This document shows positions 36,877 to 51,000 of a stretch of 64,000 nt of DNA, one piece after another (the first letter of the stretch is position 1; every line of letters begins with the position of its first letter). A model generated the notes under the pieces. The model saw only the letters and a program-made list of their open reading frames with translations. It made no database searches and was not told where the DNA came from. The position numbers and the translations under genes are program-made. The DNA comes from Balanoglossus misakiensis (Eukaryota > Animalia > Hemichordata). Location: contig CM082592.2 in assembly GCA_040954595.2 (NCBI GenBank), positions 1,550,001 to 1,614,000 on the forward strand, written 5' to 3'.

Positions 36877-39402
36877 GTAAAAACTCGGGCGCTAGTAAAA
36901 ACTCGTGCGCGAGTAGGAACTCGGACCTTCGAAACAGAACTCGGAACGGACGTAAGTCTTTCAACGATTTTATTGCTGTTCGATCTGGAGGTGAAATTAT
37001 CGTCCTACACCATTGTGTGTGACGTCATCGGTTCATCCGAAGACTCGTCGTCGAGGGCGCTGTTACATGGTTCAGCCAGTATTCGCCTATTACCCTACTG
37101 TTGAATCAACCCATGAAGACTACAGACTGCAGAGAAGAGTGAAGATGTTCAGCGACTGTTAACAGAAGCAGCAGATTGAACATTCTAGACACTCTCCTTC
37201 GGAATTAGGACAGAATATTGAACACTGACTTTGAACATTAATATTGAACTTTGAACTCTGAGCACATTTCCTCATTGTCATTTTGGCTTGTGTGATTTGT
37301 ACATTCAGTTTTATCAATGTCCCCAAATTGTGCACATTAGTGTCACTCGTATCAGCCTTTGCGATACAAAGAGTCTCCTTTGTTGAAACTCACACAGTTT
37401 TGAATTTGTCAAATTGTTTGAAATTTTTCACTGTCAGTACCCGGCATCAAATTGCTTGTGTAGTTACTCCCTCGGGTTTAGATTTCCAAATTTGTATCTA
37501 CACTGAATAGTCACAGTGATTGTTTCAGCTTTCTAGTTGTGTTCACCCAAGTTCAACTATGGCCGAAAAGGACACACAGGAATCAGTGCCAACCGCTGAT
37601 GATCAAGGTAAGCCTGATGAAACAGATCAAATTGTAACAAAGGCAGAGATTCATGAAACTGAAATGGATGAAAATGTGTATACATTACGCAGATCAGAAC
37701 GAGTACCCAAGCTTACTGAGAAAGCTAGGGAAGGTAAGTTAATTGATTTGGAGAAGCAGTTCTGGCGTACTCACAATCGGTTGTTGTCATTTGTGAAAAA
37801 CCCTGACATATTCGACAAAGAGTCTGTAGAAAACATATATACTATTTTGAAAGAAATAGAGCGCGAGCGCACTGTTTTGATTGAAATTCATGATCAGATA
37901 CGCGCCGTGTCGGACACCCCCTTAGAGGATGTATTGAAAGCCGTCGATCGTTTGAATTTGCGCGTGGATAGTGTCATCAATTATGCACAGCGACTGATTG
38001 CGCGAGCCGATGCTCATAGCTCAGTTTCATTCGGATCCGTGCCTTCACATCACACAAAGTCGAGCTCTAGGTCATCCAAACGATCCAGCTCTTCCAGTAC
38101 GTCATCAGTACGGAGAAACGCTGCTGTCAGGGCAGCTGCCCTACGGAAATCGAAGCAAAACATGAAGAGACAGCACATGAAGAGGAATTGGAACACTTAG
38201 AGGCAGAAGAAAAAAGACGACAAGCGGCAGCTGTGGCAGAAGAGAGAAGACGCCAAGAAGAAGCTGAGGCAGAAATACGTCGTAGGAAAAGAGTGTTAGA
38301 AAGACAGAAACTAGTAGGAGAACTGCATGTGGAGAAAGCGAAGATAGCTGCTTGTGAAAGAGAAGAACTACTCGACAACCTGCCATTAGCGAAGACTGTG
38401 TTTCCACCGGTGACGAGCGAGTTACCTATCGTGAAGACCGAACCGATCAGCCAGTCGACACCAGCTGCTCACATTCCCACGCGTACTGTAAAAACAGAAC
38501 CAGTCACCCCGCCGACTACCAAGCCGTCGACGTCGCAACCGAAACCACAAGATTATACACTACGTGCAACAGCAAATGAATATCGCCCATCGGAGAACAG
38601 AGAAGACCTCAAGGTATTGACAGAAGCCTTGGCAACATCTGTGTCCTTGAGCAGACTCGCTACACCCGAACCACCAATATTCATGGGAGACCCACTTTCT
38701 TATCCAGATTGGATATCGTCTTTCATCACCTTAGTTGAATCACGAGGGGTCCCACCAATCGAAAGAATCCATCACCTGAAGAAGTATTTGGGTGGACCTG
38801 CTAAGGAAGCAGTCGCCGGATGCTTCTTACTCCGAAGTGAAGGAGCATACGAAGAGGCAAGAACCATTCTGGAAGAACGATACGGTAATTCTTTCGCCGT
38901 AACAGAGGCCTTTAGAGAAAAAATTGAAAGATGGCCGAGAATCCCCGGCAAGGACGGGAAGGCATTGCGAAAGTTCGCAGACTTCTTGAAACAATGCCGG
39001 ATTGCGATGAAGGATATCCCAGACCTCGCAGTGCTGAACGATATCCACGAAAATAGGAAAATGCTCCAGAAGTTACCGGACTGGCTCGTAAACAGATGGA
39101 GCAGGATCGTAGCAAAAATAAAAAAGGCTACGAACGCATACCCCCCATTCGAAAGATTTGTCTGCTTCATGATGGAGGAGGCAGATATTGCATGTGACCC
39201 ATTGACCTCAATCGGCTCGCTGAGGTCACCAACGGACAGAGACCCGGAGAAAACTCCGACCAGCACCAGGAGGCGCAACCCAGGTGCACGTACGCTCTCG
39301 ACCACAGCAAAACCAGGGGCGGTAAACCAGTCGTGTGTTTTCTGCAAAAAGACTGGGCACGCTATACAGGAATGTTATAGCTTTGCTTCCACGCCTATGT
39401 CT
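36877..39402 (+). pseudogene. gag: Second, truncated BEL/Pao internal region (leader and gag)
   Basis: Copy of 28995-31524 with a 4-bp deletion near 38143 that causes a frameshift. Ends by fusing to the satellite. Confidence 0.92.
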
Positions 39403-40899
39403 TGTTATTTTCATATTCCGTCGTGATGCGTAGAACACACAGGCCGGAGTGCATAAGAAAATTTTCCAGTAGACTCTGTAGATCGACGGTGTGTTCTAAA
39501 ATATCCATGGTTGCTTCCAAACGCCGTCTTGTTATTTTCATATTCCGTCGTGATGCGTAGAACACACAGGCCGGAGTGCATAAGAAAATTTTCCAGTAGA
39601 CTCTGTAGATCGACGGTGTGTTCTAATATATCCATGGTTGCTTCCAAACGCCGTCTTGTTATTTTCATATTCCGTCGTGATGCGTAGAACACACAGGCCG
39701 GAGTGCATAAGAAAATTTTCCAGTAGACTCTGTAGATCGACGGTGTGTTCTAAAATATCCATGGTTGCTTCCAAACGCCGTCTTGTTATTTTCATATTCC
39801 GTCGTGATGCGTAGAACACACAGGCCGGAGTGCATAAGAAAATTTTCCAGTAGACTCTGTAGATCGACGGTGTGTTCTAAAATATCCATGGTTGCTTCCA
39901 AACGCTGTCTTGTTATTTTCATATTCCGTCGTGATGCGTAGAACACACAGGCCGGAGTGCATAAGAAAATTTTCCAGTAGACTCTGTAGATCGACGGTGT
40001 GTTCTAATATATCCATGGTTGCTTCCAAACGCCGTCTTGTTATTTTCATATTCCGTCGTGATGCGTAGAACACACAGGCCGGAGTGCATAAGAAAATTTT
40101 CCAGTAGACTCTGTAGATCGACGGTGTGTTCTAAAATATCCATGGTTGCTTCCAAACGCAGTCTTGTTATTTTCATATTCCGTTGTGATGCGTGGAACAC
40201 ACAGGCCTGAGTGCATGTAGATCGACGATTTGTTCTAAAATATCCATGGATGCTTCCAAACACCGTCTTTTTCTTTGCATATTCCGTTGTGATGCGTAGA
40301 ACACACAGGCCGGAGCGCAAAAGAAAGTTTTCCGGTAGACTCTGTAGATCGACGGTTTGTTCTAAAATATCCATGGATGCTTCCAAACGCCGTCTTGTTA
40401 TTTTCATATTCCGTCGTGATGCGTAGAACACACAGGCCGGAGTGCATAAGAAAATTTTCCAGTAGACTCTGTAGATCGACGGTGTGTTCTAAAATATCCA
40501 TGGTTGCTTCCAAACGCCGTCTTGTTATTTTCATATTCCGTCGTGATGCGAAGAACACACAGGCAGGAGTGCATAAGAAAGTTGTCCGGTAGACTCTGTA
40601 GATCGACGGTGTGTTCTAAAATATCCATGGTTGCTTCCATACGCCATCTTGTTATTTTCATATTCCGTCATGATGCGTAGAACACACAGTTCGGAGCGCA
40701 TAAGAAAGTTGTCCGGTAGACTCTGTAGATCGACGGTGTGTTCTAAAATATCCATGGTTGCTTCCAAACGCCGTCTTGCTATTTTCATATTCCGTCGTGA
40801 TGCGTAGAACACACAGGCCGGCGCGAATAAGAAAGTTTTCCGGTAGACTCTGTAGATCGGTTTGTTTTAAAATATCCATGGTTGCTTCCAGACGCCGTT
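39399..40899. repeat. 127-bp satellite array, right block (about 12 monomers)
   Basis: Same monomer; diverges toward 40899. Confidence 0.95.
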
Positions 40900-41007
40900 T
40901 GGTAAGATTTTTTGTCCATCATCCTATAATTATAATCAATGTCATTCCCAACACCTACCTGTTATAGAACTTCTTTAATTTAATGTATGGAAGACCGGTC
41001 ATGACAT

Positions 41008-41206
41008 GCGACATGGGACCTGCGAGTTGTTAAACTGCGACATGGGACCTGCGAGGTGCTAAACGGCGACATGCGACCTGCGAGGTGCTAAACTGCGACA
41101 TGCGACCTGCGAGTTGCTAAACTGCGACATGCGACCTGCGAGGTGCTAAACTGCGACATGCGACCTGCGAGGTGCTAAACTGCGACATGCGACCTGCGAG
41201 TTGCTA
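41008..41206. repeat. 29-bp minisatellite, 7 copies (subterminal repeats)
   Basis: gcgacatgcgacctgcgaggtgctaaact repeated with period 29. Confidence 0.92.
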
Positions 41207-41222
41207 TCTTGCCATCTTGTGC

Positions 41223-44200
41223 ATGTCTTTTCTTCTTCCTCGTCAGATGGATCACAGTAGTAGAGACGAGTTTATTTCTGCATACTTCTACAATGGATAC
41301 ACCCTAGGAGAAATAACGGCCACGTTAGGACTCCGACATGGAATATGGCTCAGGTATGAACTCGAACTTGCGGGTCTACAATATTGCTACGTGAAAATCG
41401 CCGTATTTCTTCACATTTGGAGGGTGTTAGGTAGAGTAGAGATCAAATTAGCTTTCTATTGCAGTTCCCGGAATGCTATTTTTACTCGATCGCCCGTGAA
41501 TGGAGTGTTATTTTAGCGCTTAGAAAGTTGATTGCGTGAGCTGGAAGCCGGCTTAGGTTGCACCCCTTGTGTAATTATAGGTAGAGAGTGTACGTTGGGA
41601 GAGAGTGGTATTCGGTCAATTATAGTAATGACAGTGTTCTTGTTGTGTTTTTTATGACATCGACTTTATGATTGAAGAACAAGAACACAATGGTTATGTT
41701 CGTTGAATTTTCTCAGTCAACAAAATAACCGATATAACATAAACAACAATATAACAACAACTAGATTCCTCTGTTCCATGTGGGTGTACCTGGTATTTTG
41801 CGACGTAAACTAGTGAAACCTTATGATGAACATTTCTACAGGTTGTTTAAATCTTGCATACTTTTGGAACTTAAAAGATATGTGGTTTACCATTACGGCC
41901 CAAATGATGGCTACAATGCTGGGGTAGGGGGTGGGGGTGCTCCCAAATTGGAAATACTATAGAGAGTACTGAAAGATGTACATAGGTCCGGTACATTGAG
42001 TTTTTATTTTACCTAAGTTCACGTAGTGCAACACAGGGCACAGTCATTCAAATATTCCAGTGATAGTGTATCCATATCTCTTGACCTGACCAAATTGGGT
42101 GGAGGTATATTTGGGATGCACCAGCTTGAGTCACATTGACTTTAGGCTAAATTGTCCACTGCGTTAACTTTCGATGATATTCCAGTATACCGGTTCCGTG
42201 TATTAAGTACTATTTTTTGTTCTATTGGCTAAATTATGTAGAAAGCTCCAGTGTCCATCTTGCGAACACAGCTTGTACATGTTATTGACTGTCATTGTTG
42301 ACCTATGAATTGTAATTCATTTGTAAACAATAAAAGTGCACTTTATATTACTAGTACGTATACAGGATGTGTTGATAAGCTGAAAACTGGACCTTTAAAC
42401 ACACTGTAGGGAGAAGAACTGGAATAGATGGTTCATTTGATAGTATCAATGATACACTGAACAAAAATATCAACAAAATCTTAAAAAGTTACATCAACTG
42501 TCCCTTTAAATACTGGATCAAAATATTTTTTTTTAAATCCAGAAAATACTCCAATACATGAAGGACATACCAAGGCCTGCCGATTAATTAATAAACTGCT
42601 ATTAACTGCCCAAGCACTGCCCATGGGAAAATTATCCTAAATAAAAACAGTCAGCTAATTATGAAAACATACAAAATGATTTTAGTCAAAGTCTCCCAGT
42701 CACAGATTTATGACCCAATAAATAGACACTAATCAGTGTATCTATCGCACAGATAGGTCAGGAAATGTGTTATTTCTATTTTTTTTTAATATTCCTTATG
42801 CAATTTTTGAAGGGGTTCAAAGTATTAACACAGCTGGGATCAACTTCAAAATACCAAGACAAGGAGGGAGATACCTCCTGCACTGTAGATCTTGCATTTT
42901 TATTTTCATGCTAATTCTGATGTGAATTATGGCGTTTTAACTTGTGTATTTATTTGGTTAAAAAGTCTAAGGTCAGTAGATACAAATCACAAAATGTATT
43001 TTGGTGTATTAATTTTGGGGATATATTATCTTAAAATTGAATTAGCATCATAATCACAAAAAAGACAAATTTGTTCCTTGCTTTTATGTTGTGTAGCACC
43101 AAAATAGTATCAAGATTTGAAGTTTATGCAAACTGACAATATTTTTCCTTTCCTTACAGTGTGAGACAAATTCAAAGAATATTGAAAAAGCTCAATCTGA
43201 GACGTAAGAATGTTGAGGCTCCATTAGATGAAATTATTGAAGCTATACAGTATGAATTATATCAAGGTATTGGAAGATCAATGGGTGTAAGGCGTATATG
43301 GCAAGAATTAAGATTTGAACATTTACTGGTACTGAAAAGGTATGTTACACCTGTGTAACTGTTGTTAAAAATTAAACCAAGCAAAACCGTATTAATGAAT
43401 GTTAATGGAATCCAGAGAAAGCCTCAGTCCCTATTGATTAACATATTTTTAGCCAGTGTTATAATTTAACGATAAAACATGATTTTCATCTCACATGCGG
43501 ACATTCAGTTCATATCTGACTTTCTGATTTGTCTCCGGGTCATGTTCCAGGGCCACCATGCAAACAGTTTTATTTATGCTCCATTACTGATAATTAAGCA
43601 ATATTATGTAATTTTTACTGTCCCATAACTATCTCAAGTAAAGTATATCTTGGGTGGAAGCCCATCTTTGAGACACTATAGCTTTAAATTTAATAGTCAA
43701 ACAAAATTGCTCATATGCTGACATGCTGAAAATGGGTATTTAGCATGAATCATTGAGCATAACAAGATATGGGAATATATTTGAAGAATTAAAACATGCA
43801 AAACATTCTACAGTGCCTTGAAATAATCCTGTTTATCTTGTATGATTAGTTTTGGTTCATGTAGAATTGTTATAATAGTTGTGTGCAATGCTATTGAGTA
43901 ACTGATTTTATTTATTACACAGAGACTGTCAGAGATATAGTGGACATTCTTCAACCTGGAAGACTTGATTATTTCAGAAAGGGAAGGCTTTCCAGGAGAC
44001 AGTATAAAGTTAAAGGTCCCAACCATATGTGGCATGTTGATGGGTATAGACAAATTAAAGCCATTTGGTATATGTATTCATGCAGCCATTGATGGTTAGA
44101 GTGGGCGTATCATTTGGGCTGAAGTAGGATCTACCAATAGTGACCCAAGGATTGTTGCCAAATATTATGTGGATTCAGTTCGTCAATTAGGTGGTGTGCC

Positions 44201-44804
44201 ACGTGTTGTTAGGGTAGACCCAGGCACTGAGAATTGTAACATTGCAGATATACAAACTCTTTTACGGGAGCAGCATGAAGACAGCCTAGCACATGTGCCT
44301 GTAATGTATGGTTCATCTGTCCATAATCAGAGGATTGAACGCTGGTGGGGATTTCTGAAAACAGAGTTCTGTTGTTTCTATATAGATTTATTTAAAGATA
44401 TGAGAGATAGTGGGGTCCTTGATGTTGGGGACCCTGTACATATTGATTGCTTGCGATTTAGTTTTACATCAGTAATAAGGAAAGAGTTGTACAAAGTTGC
44501 AGCACATTGGAATGCTCATACAGTCAGGCGAATGAAATACAGCTCAGCTCCAACTGCCAAACCTAATTTCTTATACCTTAATCCCGAGATGTTTGAAACC
44601 ACAAACCAAATGAGACCTCTGAATGTTGAGATCTTACAGGCAAGTGAAAACCTTCTGAGTGATGTTAGGCAGGATTGCAGGGATGATTTTGCTGAAATTG
44701 CATTACAACTCATGCTCGACAACAACTGGTATTCACCCAAAACTGTGGACCAAGCCATTGATCTTTTCAGTAAAATACTTTGTGAGGTTTTGAACCTTGG
44801 CTAA
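41223..44804 (+). pseudogene. IS3EU-like DDE transposase, 3 exons (41223-41353, 43160-43339, about 43923-44804)
   Basis: GT-AG sites join HGIWLS-VRQIQRILKKLNL. The core has GPNHMWHVDGY-DKLKPFG, VRVDPGTEN and SSVHNQRIERWW. A frameshift near 44048 and a TAG near 44096 disable it. Confidence 0.8.
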
Positions 44805-46367
44805 TGAACAAAACTTGCTTTTACTTCTTCCACTAATTCAATTAAGGTGGAGAAGTTACACCTAACTGATTTAGGCCAATTTCACTTTCAGACAAGTTTG
44901 GTTAACCCCAAGCTAATGTTTGTGTTGAGATCATTATTTTCTTTCGAAAATATTTGTAAGTTTATACAGAAAAGACATGATTGAGTCAGTCATAGTAATG
45001 TAAATGAAGTTCAACTAACCACTGTCGAACAATGGTACACTCAATTGAACATGGAAAAAGGTGTTTATCGACAGTGACAGTTATACTTGAATTCCATAAG
45101 GGTATGAAGTTATGTTTCGAGTACACAATAAGTAGGTGTTAAATCATTTTAAGACAATAGCATGGCACGTTCCCACCGCAGCAGGGGAGACACCGATAAA
45201 CCGGGAATGTTTTCATATGAATTCATAAATACTGATAAGCGTGGGTTAAGATCATTTGACTTCGGAATGATTATGTACATGTATATAACTTTCCATCCAA
45301 TCCGAAGTGTGAGATATTATCAAGTTGTATTAAAAAACTAGCGAATCAGAGTTTACTTCCTGTTATATATTTTGCATTTCCAAGTTACGCCCAGAAATAT
45401 TGTCTTGAAAAGTTTGGGCTTTCTGATTTGTAAGGTTATGATAGATGACATGATATGACATGTACATAGTACCAGGCCGCAGACCAGGAACTGGTGACCC
45501 GCCGTTTGTTTCCAACGCCAAATTTGATTCTAATGTTGAATTTCCGAGAAAACAATTTGACCTGTAGTTTTCTTGGCTCGCTTGTATGGGGTGAGATCCC
45601 CGCCAAAACTAAATAATTTGATTAATGCTTTTTGCTATTTAGCATTATTGACTATTTTTATCATTATTTGCTAAACATTTTATATTTGCATAGATAGGTG
45701 CTGATTATTAGCAATTATGTGCTCAATTGTAAGCAGGTAAACGATTTAGCGCTGAATTTTTCAAAGCTTTATAATTAGGTGCCGAATTATTAGTAGGTAA
45801 ATTATTTGATGCTGAATTATTTTAGCAGCGTTATGATTAGGTGCCGCATTATTAGTAGGTGAAAAATTTGGTGCTGAATTATGAGCAGCTTTATGATTAG
45901 GTGCCGAATTATAAGTAGGTAAAATATTTGATGCTGAATTATTTTAGCAGCGTTATGATTAGGTGCTGCATTATTAGAAGGTGAAAAATTTGGTGCTGAA
46001 TTATTAGCAGCTTTATGATTAGGTGCCGAATTATTAGTAGGTAAAATATTTGATGCTGAATTATTTTAGCAGCGTTATGATTAGGTGCCGCATTATTAGT
46101 AGGTTAAAAAAATTTGGTGCTGAATTATTAGCAGCTTTATGATTAGGTGCTAAATTATTCAGTCGTGACCTACATTAGGAATTGCTTATTAGCATAAAAA
46201 TTAACATATCATTAATATGTAGAACGCGATCTGACCAATGACGCGCCCGGAAAGCCGCGCCACTCACCCATTTCCCCGCCTTTTGTTAAGAAAATCACGA
46301 CCTTTTCTTTTCAAATGTAAATGTTGGGGTCAAATACGCTGTCAAACTTGCTACCGGGTCAACAAGA

Positions 46368-46850
46368 AAAAAATTTTCACCAGTGCTTTTGTGAAATATT
46401 TAATTTTGATTCTGGCGTCTACGCTATTTTTGAGGATTTCGCCTACTAGGATAGCATAGCGAGGGCACAGGTGCTCGTGGACTTGTGCTGTCACAGGGAA
46501 GAGCGAATGGGGGGATCTGCTAGAAGCGGCGAGGGGCGAGGACATGGGCGGGCGGCATCCATTTCAAGTGCCTGTATACTTCCCGGGCGTCCGCATCATA
46601 TTTCAACGGCGTTGTTTACATGTAACTGTCTAACAGTATACTAGTACATGTATGTCTTTTGGGGGTGCGTGTCGCTGTGATCTAGACAAGTCAGGTGATC
46701 ACCGTCACTGAGAAACCTTGGCTCTCGAGGAACACCTTCGGTCTACATGCTCTATCTAGGTCGCCATCTTTCAGGCGAAATCCTCAAAAATAGCGTAGAG
46801 GCCAGAATCGAAATTAAATATTTCACAAAAGCACTGGTGAATTTTTTTTT
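46368..46850. repeat. Internal inverted repeat (about 80-bp arms), possible MITE
   Basis: ttcaccagtgcttttgtgaaatatttaatt...gaggatttcgcct is mirrored at 46773-46850. Confidence 0.65.
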
Positions 46851-46909
46851 TACATGAATTTATGGCTTCGCTGAAATCTCTTGGCACACCCGTGTTGTCC
46901 GCCATTTTC

Positions 46910-47226
46910 TTGGCAAGTGAGTGCTAGCCCAGGAACATGTGTTATAAAGCATGGGGATCTAACCTAACTAAAATCCCACCTAATGTTGAACCTAAAAAAA
47001 TAGCTAAAAGCGCTATAAAATGAGTAAACAATATTCAATCGGTATTAATATAATAAAAATTCAAATTAAATATAAAAACATTCGGAAAAAATAAGTAATG
47101 ACGGAAAAATGGTCGAACGATTTTGTTAAAAAGCCCTTTTTTTAGGTTCAACATTAGGTGGGATTTTAGTTAGGTGAAATCCCCATGCTTTAGAACACAT
47201 GGTCCTGGGCTATCACGCACTTGCCA
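46910..47226. repeat. Internal inverted repeat (about 90-bp arms), possible MITE
   Basis: ttggcaagtg...cacctaatgttgaacctaaaaaaa is mirrored at 47137-47226. Confidence 0.65.
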
Positions 47227-48069
47227 AAAGGTCATGTAAGGCCACAGACGCCTTAGGGCCTACATAGCGACACCCCATCAAAACAATTCAGGAAAAAAAT
47301 CGCCAGGGATTTGTTGCGCCCGCGCCCAAGCCAAGATCAACGTACTTTAATTTAGCACCTAATCATAAAGCTGATAACAATTCAGCACCAAATGTTTCAC
47401 CTACTAATAATTCGACACCTAATCATAAGGCTGCTAATAATTCAGCACCAAATTTTTCACCTACTAATAATGCGGCACCTAATCATAACGCTGCTAAAAT
47501 AATTCAGCATCAAATATTTTACCTACTAATAATTCGGCACCTAATCATAAAGCTGCTAATAATTCAGCATCAAATTTTTCACCTACTAATAATGCGGCAC
47601 CTAATCATTACGCTGCTAAAATAATTCAGAATCAAATAATTTACCTACTAATAATTCGGCACCTAATTATAAAGCTTTGAAAAATTCAGCGCTAAATCGT
47701 TTACCTGCTTATAATTGAGCACATAATTGCTAATAATCAGCACCTATCTATGCAAATATAACATGTTTAGCAAATAATGATAAAAATAGTCAATAATGCT
47801 AAATAGCAAAAAGCATTAATCAAATTATTTAGTTTTGGCGGGGATCTCACCCAATACAAGCGAGCCAAGAAAACTACAGGTCAGATAAATTGTTTTCTCG
47901 GAAATTCAACATTAGAATCAAATTTGGCGTTGGAAAGAAACGGCAGGTCACAAGTTCCTGGTCTGCAGTCAATAGACCTTATTCACGCGTCAGCCATGTT
48001 GATACCAAAACGAGGCTCTAAACGCTACGATACGTCATGTAAGGTCAACGACCGTAGCCAGGGAGCACA

Positions 48070-51000
48070 ATGGCCGCGCTTAAAAGAGCAGACGACATTT
48101 CGCCGGCTCAGATTTATTCGTCGTGGACGAGTAATCTGGCAAACGTGCCCGACATTTCTTTTGATGACGTCAGTGTGATTGTGAAAGCCGTATCAAAAGC
48201 TCCTAAGAACAATTTAAGAAAAGGCTACAAGTTCTTCCATGGATCGTACGTACACGATATGAAAAGTAAGTAGACGGCTGATCGTACCTGATTTGTTTAC
48301 ATTTTTTTGTAGAGGCGCAAGTGTCATGTATCATCCCAAAAATATTGTTAATTGTTGTTTTTTATCCTTTGGGAAAGTTTAAAATCGAAATGCTGCAATT
48401 ACAATAGTTTTTTTAGCATATTTATATATATTTTTAATAAGTTGTAATCTGATACAAACGACGACAACAACTTTCATTACGAGAAACATGCCAAACTTTT
48501 ACAGAAATGTTCTATTTAGCTGGTACGATATTGTCATGAATAATAACAAGGTTAAAATGTCTCCGAACAATATTGGAGAGGAAGTAATTTGGGGAAATCA
48601 ACATATAACATGTAATAATAGAGTCTTGTTTTTTACTGAATGGATTGACTGCAACATAATGTATGTTTCAGATTTGTTTCAAAAAGGTGTTTTCATGAAA
48701 CGGGGCTATTTATTAGAAAAATTGAAAAACAAAAGAAATTGGATAACACAGTATCTAATACTGAAAAAAGCCATACCAAACGAATGGAAGAGAAGAATGA
48801 TGTCTGCTAAGAACTTTCTGTGTGTAAATCGAGATATAAAGACAATAATGAAAAATGATCACACAGGGAAATACAAAAATATACATGATTTTTCATGCAA
48901 AGATTTTTATTGGAACATTGTGAACAGAAAGGCGTTGAAGTCATATGCGCCGACATTTTGGGCAAATAGTTGTGATACAGAACACATAAACTGGGCGTTA
49001 ATCATGAAAATTAAAATAAAAGACATGAGTGTTAAAAAAATTGCCCAATTTAATTATTTTTAACTTTACAACAAAATCCCACACGGTTTAAATCTGTGGA
49101 AATGGAAGAAAGCAGACAATCCGAATTGTGAAATATGTAAATGTACGGATGACTGCATGCATTTTCTTTTTGATTGCTCTGTTGTGAAACATTTTTGGAA
49201 AAGACTGAACGTTCTTATTAATACTGTGTACAATATTAACATAAAGCTAATTTGGAACCATATTGTATTTGGGTACATGATGGAATGTGACAAGCTTGAA
49301 TCACTAAATATGATCATAATGGTGGCAACTTTTTGTGTATACAAAGCAAGAATTATTAAAGAAAATCACATACGCCGATTATTAATAGAAGAGTTAACGT
49401 ACTCTCAACAGATAAAAAAGGATGGAAAAATTCATGAGTGTCTAAGTCTTCTTTGAGATGTAAAATTATTATAGAGTTCACCATAACTATATGTATTTGA
49501 AATATTGATAATGAACAGAAACATTGTAAAGTTGGATCTTGCCTTTATCAGACGCATGTGTAAAAATGTATGTTAATTGAGTGGGATGTAAAAATGTACG
49601 TTAATTTGAGTTGAATAAACATTACTTTAAAGAAAAAAAAAAAAAAAACGCCGACAACAAAAACAAAGGCGCCGAAAGGGCCGGAAGCCTATTGGTCGGC
49701 CGTCCGTTTTTTTTGTGCGGATCGAAGAAACATGACTACGGAATCTCATTTCAGTGTGTCCATTGTGATGTAGTGCGTTACTTCTGAAAATTGATATTAA
49801 TTTCGACGGAAAAATGTTTTAGCCGTGTGCGGGCAATAGTTGTAGGCAAAGGCACGCGATACCAGTCTGATCTCAGCCTATTGAAATTCGCCAAAATCTT
49901 ACAACAGAGAGCCTCGTTTTCACTTCTATCCAATATGGCGGCCTACCGAAAACTTGAAACCTGCATGCTGGCATGAAAAGAGGTGTACACGCTTTAATTT
50001 TGGATGACAAGGTTCGTTTTCCATCAATTATTGTCTAAAAGGATGTTGTCTTACGCTTTATGACGCTCGTTTTAGCTGTAATAAATTATTTTGAAACCAT
50101 GCATACTGGCGATGTGGCAGTGACTCGATCGTACGATGTTATGAATGTGAATGCTAATTTTTGAGAAGCGATACAAAAATTAGAGGGTCTTGAGCAGAAG
50201 CGTAAATACGGTTTTTCACAGGGTCTATGTATTAGCTATAACTGTGCCAAGTTTGGTTTGCCTACGGTGAAGCACTTTGACGCGGGGCAGTGTTGAATGT
50301 GACCTCTCAAGCAACATACTATATGCATAGGACCTCCGTAAGGGTGTTTCGATTGCGTAACACGGAAACTCGGCAGATCACAGTCCCTGGCAGTCTGCCG
50401 GGACTTTACACTGAACATAACATTGCAGATGAGTTATGAGACAATCAATGCTCGATAACAGCCTAGGTTTGACAATGGATATTCATGTGTTTTAGAGATT
50501 AACCCGGATAAGTGGCGGTCTGCATAGACAGTATGTACATAGTATGCATAGTGGTGACTGTGAGGTTAATCTGACAATGAAATCATGGTGTACTACAACA
50601 GACTACACTGGTCCAACTCTCCTTTTTCTGACATTGATTGGTAATTTGGCAATTTTTAAAAATATTTTTTTTTCTTTTTGATTATTTCTAATTTAAGAAT
50701 TTTATGTATATTTTTTCAATCAATAAAATTATTGCCAGCCTTATAATTCTACATTTAGTTTTCTAACTCCATATCTGAATAATCACTGTAATTATTTGTA
50801 TCATTTTCATATGCATTTGTTGTACTCTCTTGTAAATCTTCCTCAGGTAATTGGTATTCCTGTTCTACCTCTTCTATCTCTAGTATGTCAAACGTTTCAA
50901 AAGTATCCACCATTTCTTTATTCATAATCATTTCTAGAATTGAATCATCTTCACTTACTCTGTCAATATAACTTCTACTGGTGTTTTTACCACTTCTAGT

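Larger units (their letters stand above)
40986..44804 (+). mobile_element. IS3EU-type DNA transposon, left end and transposase pseudogene (right end not found)
   Basis: TATGG start, subterminal 29-bp repeats and a spliced integrase-like transposase. Confidence 0.7.
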
